Positions 59,656 through 64,000 of a stretch of DNA of 64,000 bases are shown here, one piece after another. Origin of the DNA: a virus; the IMG/VR virus record IMGVR_UViG_3300042691_007361, positions 42,796-106,795 of that record; one strand, 5' to 3'. Made by a program: the position numbers and the translations under genes. The notes under the pieces are model-generated. The model ran no database searches, was not told where the DNA came from, and saw only the letters and a program-made list of their open reading frames with translations. Each line of letters begins with the position of its first letter. Position 1 is the stretch's first letter.

Positions 59656-60444
59656 TTATTTTTTCTTAGTCATTCCTTTAACAATAACTTTATCTACAGC
59701 TTTGTCATATCTTTTTTGAAGACCTTTTCCTACTGTCTTTCCTGCTGTGGTTTTCTTTTCAATCTTAGTCCCAAGTCTAGTAAGTTTTCTACTAGTAACT
59801 GGTCCACCATCTTCTTTTTTAGATAGAGTTCTTTTAATTACTCTTCCAGGTTCTCTTTGACCTATAGCAGCATACCCTTGATCTCCTGCTGATCTAACTT
59901 TACCAGCTTTAGGAGAACGTTGTACTTTAACAGTAGCACCAAACTTAGCTTTAGGTTTTTTGATTACACCTTTTGCCATTAAGATATCTTTTGCAGTTAC
60001 TTTACCATCTCCACTCATATCAGGAAAACTTTTCTTAATACCACCTTTTTTTGCTATACCGTACTGGCCAGCCTGACCCATGTTTTCTTGTGGCATACCA
60101 TACATATATGTAGGTGCTTTTTTAATAGCAGAACCACCTAGGTTCATTTTCTTTGCTCCTCCTTTTGACATACTTTTGCCACATTGAGCACATCCTAATT
60201 TTTTCATGGCACCACCTTTTTTTTGATATGGTATAGGTGATGAAGTTCCATTGATTATGTCTCTTACCTTACTGACTTTTTCACTTACAGGTCCAGCAGT
60301 TCCCTTTATTGAATAAGGACCTTCATAATCAGGCCCAACAGGCCCAGTAGGTTTTGGTATAACTGTAGGTTTTGGTCTAGGGTCAGGCTTTTGACTATAT
60401 GTTCTTTTTGTTTTTACCGTAATGGGAGTTTTATTCTTTCTCAT
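59656..60444 (-). CDS. basic protein with five xxGG motifs, CxxC and an EF-hand-like loop
   Basis: QKKGG, MSKGG, MNLGG, AKKGG, KEDGG; DMSGDGKVTAKD. Confidence 0.7.
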   Translation of the reverse strand: MRKNKTPITVKTKRTYSQKPDPRPKPTVIPKPTGPVGPDYEGPYSIKGTAGPVSEKVSKVRDIINGTSSPIPYQKKGGAMKKLGCAQCGKSMSKGGAKKMNLGGSAIKKAPTYMYGMPQENMGQAGQYGIAKKGGIKKSFPDMSGDGKVTAKDILMAKGVIKKPKAKFGATVKVQRSPKAGKVRSAGDQGYAAIGQREPGRVIKRTLSKKEDGGPVTSRKLTRLGTKIEKKTTAGKTVGKGLQKRYDKAVDKVIVKGMTKKK

Positions 60445-60460
60445 CTTTTATATAATTAAA

Positions 60461-60811
60461 TTAACAATTCCATTTTCTTAAAGAAAGAGCCTTTCTTGTT
60501 GGTCTTCCTTTTTCATCTTTCATAGGGCCTGGCATTCCAGACATCCTAGCACAGAAACTCTTACGTCTCTTAGCATCTTTACTTCCAGCTTTAAGCTTAG
60601 AAGGTTTAGTAGTAACAGCAGTCTGTAACTTACTACCTGGATTAGCTGCTCTATAGCTAGCTACTCCTTTAGCATTAAGTCCTCCTGTAGGATTCTTACC
60701 TTCCTTGCGCGTCCATGCAGGAGTAGAGCCACCAGATTTCATCTTTGGAGTCTTACCAGCTTTCTTCATTGAGATAGCTATTGCTGCTTGTTGTGCTCTA
60801 CTTTTTGCCAT
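60461..60811 (-). CDS. small basic phage protein (DUF6321-like)
   Basis: PAWTRKEGKNPTGGLNAKG...RRKSFCARM...SLRKWNC; family name recalled from memory. Confidence 0.7.
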   Translation of the reverse strand: MAKSRAQQAAIAISMKKAGKTPKMKSGGSTPAWTRKEGKNPTGGLNAKGVASYRAANPGSKLQTAVTTKPSKLKAGSKDAKRRKSFCARMSGMPGPMKDEKGRPTRKALSLRKWNC

Positions 60812-61058
60812 TACCTTTTCCTTTATACTTGTAATCAGGATTATCCTTATGCCATTTCTTTGTTGCCGCTACTCCCTGCTTAACAGTTTTTGCTTTTGCT
60901 TTTGCAGTAAGATCTATTGTATCCCACTGACCTTTATCTTTGGTGGGGTGGTTGACCATTATATGACCAACCTTTCCTTCACCTTTTTTTATAGTCTTCT
61001 TATAGACTACATGTTTTTCACCACCGGCAGTAACTTTAACTTTCTTAGGTGCTGCCAT
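60798..61058 (-). CDS. small basic protein
   Basis: 86 aa, Lys-rich, overlaps the downstream gene start. Confidence 0.7.
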   Translation of the reverse strand: MAAPKKVKVTAGGEKHVVYKKTIKKGEGKVGHIMVNHPTKDKGQWDTIDLTAKAKAKTVKQGVAATKKWHKDNPDYKYKGKGNGKK

Positions 61059-61060
61059 GA

Positions 61061-61546
61061 TTACTTCTTTTTAGCCATTGCCTTAAGAGTTTTAGCTAAT
61101 GCTTTTCTCTTAGGTGTACAAGTTGGTTTAGTCATTGGAGTACAATATCCTTTATGTTTGGGATTGATTGCTTTTTGTATCCATTTTTTATCTCCTGTAG
61201 ACCCACCTTTTTTTGCCATTACTGGTGTAGAAGAACTACCATCATTCATTCCTGAATCAGGAGCAAGAGTACCTCTATCCATAGACTGACCCATCTGTGC
61301 TTTTTTTACAGGACCACCAGATTTTAAATATGTCTGACTCTTTGGTATTTTTTTATAAAACTTAGCAAGTTCTATATCAGCTTTATTAATCCTAACCTTT
61401 GCTTTGTTCTCTGCTACCTTTTTTCTGTTAGCTTCAACTTTTTTAGCATTCTCAGCCACCTTCTTTTTATTGGCAGCTTCTTTCTTAGCTTTTTCTTTAC
61501 CTTGCTTAATTATAGTAGAGGGTAAATGTCCTATTCCATGTGGCAT
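61061..61546 (-). CDS. basic protein with VxxN heptads, xxGG motifs and KWIQKAI module
   Basis: 161 aa. Confidence 0.7.
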   Translation of the reverse strand: MPHGIGHLPSTIIKQGKEKAKKEAANKKKVAENAKKVEANRKKVAENKAKVRINKADIELAKFYKKIPKSQTYLKSGGPVKKAQMGQSMDRGTLAPDSGMNDGSSSTPVMAKKGGSTGDKKWIQKAINPKHKGYCTPMTKPTCTPKRKALAKTLKAMAKKK

Positions 61547-61552
61547 GACTTA

Positions 61553-62065
61553 TTACTTTTTATAACGTGCTGTGTTTGCAGCTACTTTCTTATTAGCTGC
61601 TACCTTAGCTGCATTTGCCGCAACCATTTTCTTATTAGCTGCTACCTTAGCTGCATTTGCCGCTACCTTTTCTTTATTAGTTGTAGCTTTAGCTTGTTGA
61701 CCAGCTGCTTTTACTTTAGCCTTATTTGCAGTCACCTGCTCTTTACGTGCAGCAGATACCTTAGAAGCACTTTCCTTTTTTTCAATGCTTACATTGAGTT
61801 TATAAGGTGATGCTTTATAAGCTTCAATACCTTTATTTGCAGCATACGTAGTTGCAACACCTGCAACAAAACGGTTTCTACCAACTCTTCTTTTAAATTT
61901 CTTAGCTTCACTAGCAGCTTTTTCTAATTCATCCCCTTGTTGTTTAGGATTCATTTTTTGTGCAAGAACCCTTGGATTCTTTTTAAGCTTGCTACTTTTA
62001 ATACCAGCTTTTACTGATTTACCAATAGCTGACCCAATCTCTTTTATTAAACTTGTCTTTGACAT
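61553..62065 (-). CDS. Lys/Ala-rich protein with KVAAN repeats
   Basis: 170 aa. Confidence 0.7.
   Translation of the reverse strand: MSKTSLIKEIGSAIGKSVKAGIKSSKLKKNPRVLAQKMNPKQQGDELEKAASEAKKFKRRVGRNRFVAGVATTYAANKGIEAYKASPYKLNVSIEKKESASKVSAARKEQVTANKAKVKAAGQQAKATTNKEKVAANAAKVAANKKMVAANAAKVAANKKVAANTARYKK
61586..61663. repeat. 36-bp perfect direct repeat, 42-bp period
   Basis: TTTCTTATTAGCTGCTACCTTAGCTGCATTTGCCGC at 61586-61621 and 61628-61663; one period equals two heptads. Confidence 0.9.
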
Positions 62066-62076
62066 ACCTATATATT

Positions 62077-62415
62077 TTATGCTTTAGTTACTTTTCTTCC
62101 CATACCTACTCTAGACTTCTCAGCTTTCTTTGCAGCAAGTTTAGAAGGAGTAAGTTGGTATTTTGTTTTTGGTGTCTTAGAAGAAACCTTTTTTGTAGGG
62201 CGGCAGTATTCATTTTTACCACCAGCCCCACAAGCTTTTCCAGACTTTGTATCTTGCCATTTCTCTGCTTGCCATCTTTTAAGATCACTTCCTGCTTTAG
62301 TCTTTCTAACTGTGCCTGAACCTTTACGGCATTTGGCAATAGCTTGAGAAGCTCTAGCTGAAGGAAACACAGCGTACTGCGCTTTTACTTTTGTATAGCA
62401 TGCATCTTTAGGCAT
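62077..62415 (-). CDS. small basic Cys-containing phage protein
   Basis: KDACYTKVK...PSARASQAIAKCRK...LKRWQAEKW...YCRP. Confidence 0.7.
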   Translation of the reverse strand: MPKDACYTKVKAQYAVFPSARASQAIAKCRKGSGTVRKTKAGSDLKRWQAEKWQDTKSGKACGAGGKNEYCRPTKKVSSKTPKTKYQLTPSKLAAKKAEKSRVGMGRKVTKA

Positions 62416-62420
62416 GATAA

Positions 62421-62624
62421 TTAGTTATTAGGTTCAGCAGTCTTAGGAGCTGTATTTCCTCTTCCACCTGCCCAACCACCAGGGTTAGTTTGTACAGATA
62501 CTTTGCCATTAAGTCCTGGCATAACACCTTTTGTACTTGGTACCTTCTGTACCGGTAGGTTGCCATTAAGACCAACCTTCACTCCACCTACTTTTCCTGT
62601 AGATTTTTTTGCTGTAGTTTTCAT
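62421..62624 (-). CDS. small basic protein
   Basis: The likely start is MKTTAKK at 62624, which avoids overlap with the upstream gene. Internal GLNG...VQ duplication. Confidence 0.65.
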   Translation of the reverse strand: MKTTAKKSTGKVGGVKVGLNGNLPVQKVPSTKGVMPGLNGKVSVQTNPGGWAGGRGNTAPKTAEPNN

Positions 62625-62634
62625 TATATACAAA

Positions 62635-63651
62635 TTAAGAATTCCATAACCTTTCAACATTGTTATTAAGATCCTTCAGAACATCCTCATTTAGAGGGTT
62701 TTTCAAGAACTCAACAACGTCAGATGGGTTTCTTCCAAGCATAGTGTTTGACTTAGCATGGTAGATATATCCATCTGCCTTACTTATAATATACTTAAAA
62801 AATACGGAATCTTTAACAATTGCTTTAATTTTTAATGTTTCCATGTCTAAAGCTGCTGCATCAAGGAAGCCTTGAGCTGCTCTTTCTTTGTTACCTTCCG
62901 TACCTTCACCATTGATGTGTCTATCCATATTGTCATAGATTACATCATTAGGGGTATGTTTCTTATACTGTACACTTGCTGTATCCACTGCCTTAGCAAT
63001 GTAGAACAACTTAGTGCTGTTTTTATCAAATAATTTCTGCAACTCAGCAAGAGCTTTGTTACGGATTTTCTTGTACTCAGTTCTAGCACCAGCAGTTTCT
63101 TGTTGTTTATCCAAGTAAAACTTAGGTGGTACTGCTTTTGATCTAGCCTCATCATAGCTACGTGCTATAATAGAAAAACCTCCTGCTTCAATAGCATAAA
63201 GTTTAATTCTATCAAATGGATCTTTAGGATCTAAAAATACTGGCTCATTACCACAAGATAATGATATCTTATTCCAGAAGTCTGAGTTATCAGGACGTAG
63301 TAGTTTAACTTCATTCCAGAATGTAGCGCTTTCAATATCAAGAACATTTGCTGCTAGTTCTTTTTCTATTTCAGCTACAGCAGTTCTAATTTCTTTAATC
63401 TTAGCTGCTCTGTCTTCAGGTTGCATAAGTTTGATGTCTGGAGCAAATTCATTTAGTCCTGTTAAGTATTGAACTACTCCATTTTTTTCTAGACAAGCCA
63501 GTTGCTCAGTGTGAGTCACACCGTCAAATAAAGATAGACCATAATCTTCTAGTCCCATGTTTGATACTGAATTGTCAAAATATGGTTTGACTGCAATTGG
63601 GGTTACCTTAGCTACCCGCGTCTCTACCATTGTAAAAGTTACATTTTCCAT
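62635..63651 (-). CDS. conserved crAss-like protein immediately downstream of the major capsid gene
   Basis: 338 aa; gene order; C-terminal LGRN..DVVEFLKNP.N. Confidence 0.65.
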   Translation of the reverse strand: MENVTFTMVETRVAKVTPIAVKPYFDNSVSNMGLEDYGLSLFDGVTHTEQLACLEKNGVVQYLTGLNEFAPDIKLMQPEDRAAKIKEIRTAVAEIEKELAANVLDIESATFWNEVKLLRPDNSDFWNKISLSCGNEPVFLDPKDPFDRIKLYAIEAGGFSIIARSYDEARSKAVPPKFYLDKQQETAGARTEYKKIRNKALAELQKLFDKNSTKLFYIAKAVDTASVQYKKHTPNDVIYDNMDRHINGEGTEGNKERAAQGFLDAAALDMETLKIKAIVKDSVFFKYIISKADGYIYHAKSNTMLGRNPSDVVEFLKNPLNEDVLKDLNNNVERLWNS

Positions 63652-63687
63652 TTTTTTGTTGGTTTTTAATTGTTGGTTAAATATAGT

Positions 63688-63723
63688 AAAAAAGGGAGGA
63701 GCGTTAACCCCTCCCTGTTTTTT
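63688..63723 (-). terminator. intrinsic terminator after the capsid gene
   Basis: GGGAGGGG-TTAACG-CTCCTCCC followed by a T-tract that runs into a TATATTTA element (63678-63685). Confidence 0.8.
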
Positions 63724-63737
63724 ACCGGTTGTTTATA

Positions 63738-63998
63738 TTAGAATGATCCACCAGTGATTGGGTTTCTCATAACAATTTTCAACACTTTAGTTGGGTCTTT
63801 AACCCAGATAGCTGGCATTGTTTGAGACATCATTACACGGTAACCATTGAATTGTCCTGAAGACTGGAAGCCTTGAGTACGGCCCATATAGTCCATAGTA
63901 CCATTCTGATACCACCACTTCAATTGGTTGTCCCAAGACAACTTCAATAAGTAGATGTTATCATTTGTATTATCAGTGATATCAAAGATAATGAATGA
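63738..63998 (-). CDS. major capsid protein, C-terminal fragment truncated by the window edge
   Basis: Frame open to the edge (SFIIFDITD...PAIWVKDPTKVLKIVMRNPITGGSF). The IWVKDPT ending and the following gene order fit a crAss-like MCP. Confidence 0.7.
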   Translation of the reverse strand, partial: SFIIFDITDNTNDNIYLLKLSWDNQLKWWYQNGTMDYMGRTQGFQSSGQFNGYRVMMSQTMPAIWVKDPTKVLKIVMRNPITGGSF

Positions 63999-64000
63999 GT

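Noticed and set aside
61586-61663. Direct repeat as a mini-CRISPR
   Set aside because: Only two copies with a 6-bp gap, in frame within a coding heptad repeat.
3651-63757. Many 60-190-aa ORFs antisense to or nested in the large genes (e.g. 12368-12814, 22651-23112, 60705-61289)
   Set aside because: They are shadow frames of long coding genes with S/L/F-rich composition and no motifs.
1-64000. Stop-codon reassignment as in some Crassvirales
   Set aside because: Coding density is nearly complete under the standard code and the genes are not fragmented.

Overview
The window is a 64-kb segment of a crAss-like (Crassvirales-related) dsDNA podophage read in the standard genetic code. TTTG-N20-TAnnTTTG-type promoters and A-rich leaders without Shine-Dalgarno sites suggest a Bacteroidota host. 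It has two convergent halves that meet at a bidirectional terminator at about 8.2 kb. The + strand (1-8235) carries replication genes: a PD-(D/E)xK exonuclease, a small alphaCTD-like protein, a family B DNA polymerase, a DUF932-like protein with an acidic tail and a MazG-like pyrophosphatase. The - strand (8251-64000) carries the virion module. In transcription order this is the major capsid C-terminus, a conserved capsid-adjacent gene, ten small Lys-rich genes, a ring protein, a Dps/ferritin-like protein, Cys-rich structural and fibre genes, an HU/IHF-like protein, tail tube and stabilisation proteins, four cargo-like proteins and three giant proteins. One giant is a 3935-aa two-barrel RNA polymerase with a zincin motif and C-terminal RNase H and ASCH domains. 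The most interesting signals are: (i) a hydrophobic/K-x-x-G-G motif repeated more than 25 times across the cargo and small basic proteins, often at module boundaries; (ii) the RNAP-RNase H-ASCH fusion; (iii) a fixed-geometry variant promoter class, with a 17-bp palindrome at two copies; (iv) a two-hairpin intergenic RNA whose loop is antisense to several translation-initiation regions; (v) a stand-alone alphaCTD-like protein. All assignments come from motifs read by eye and from gene order. No database search was run.
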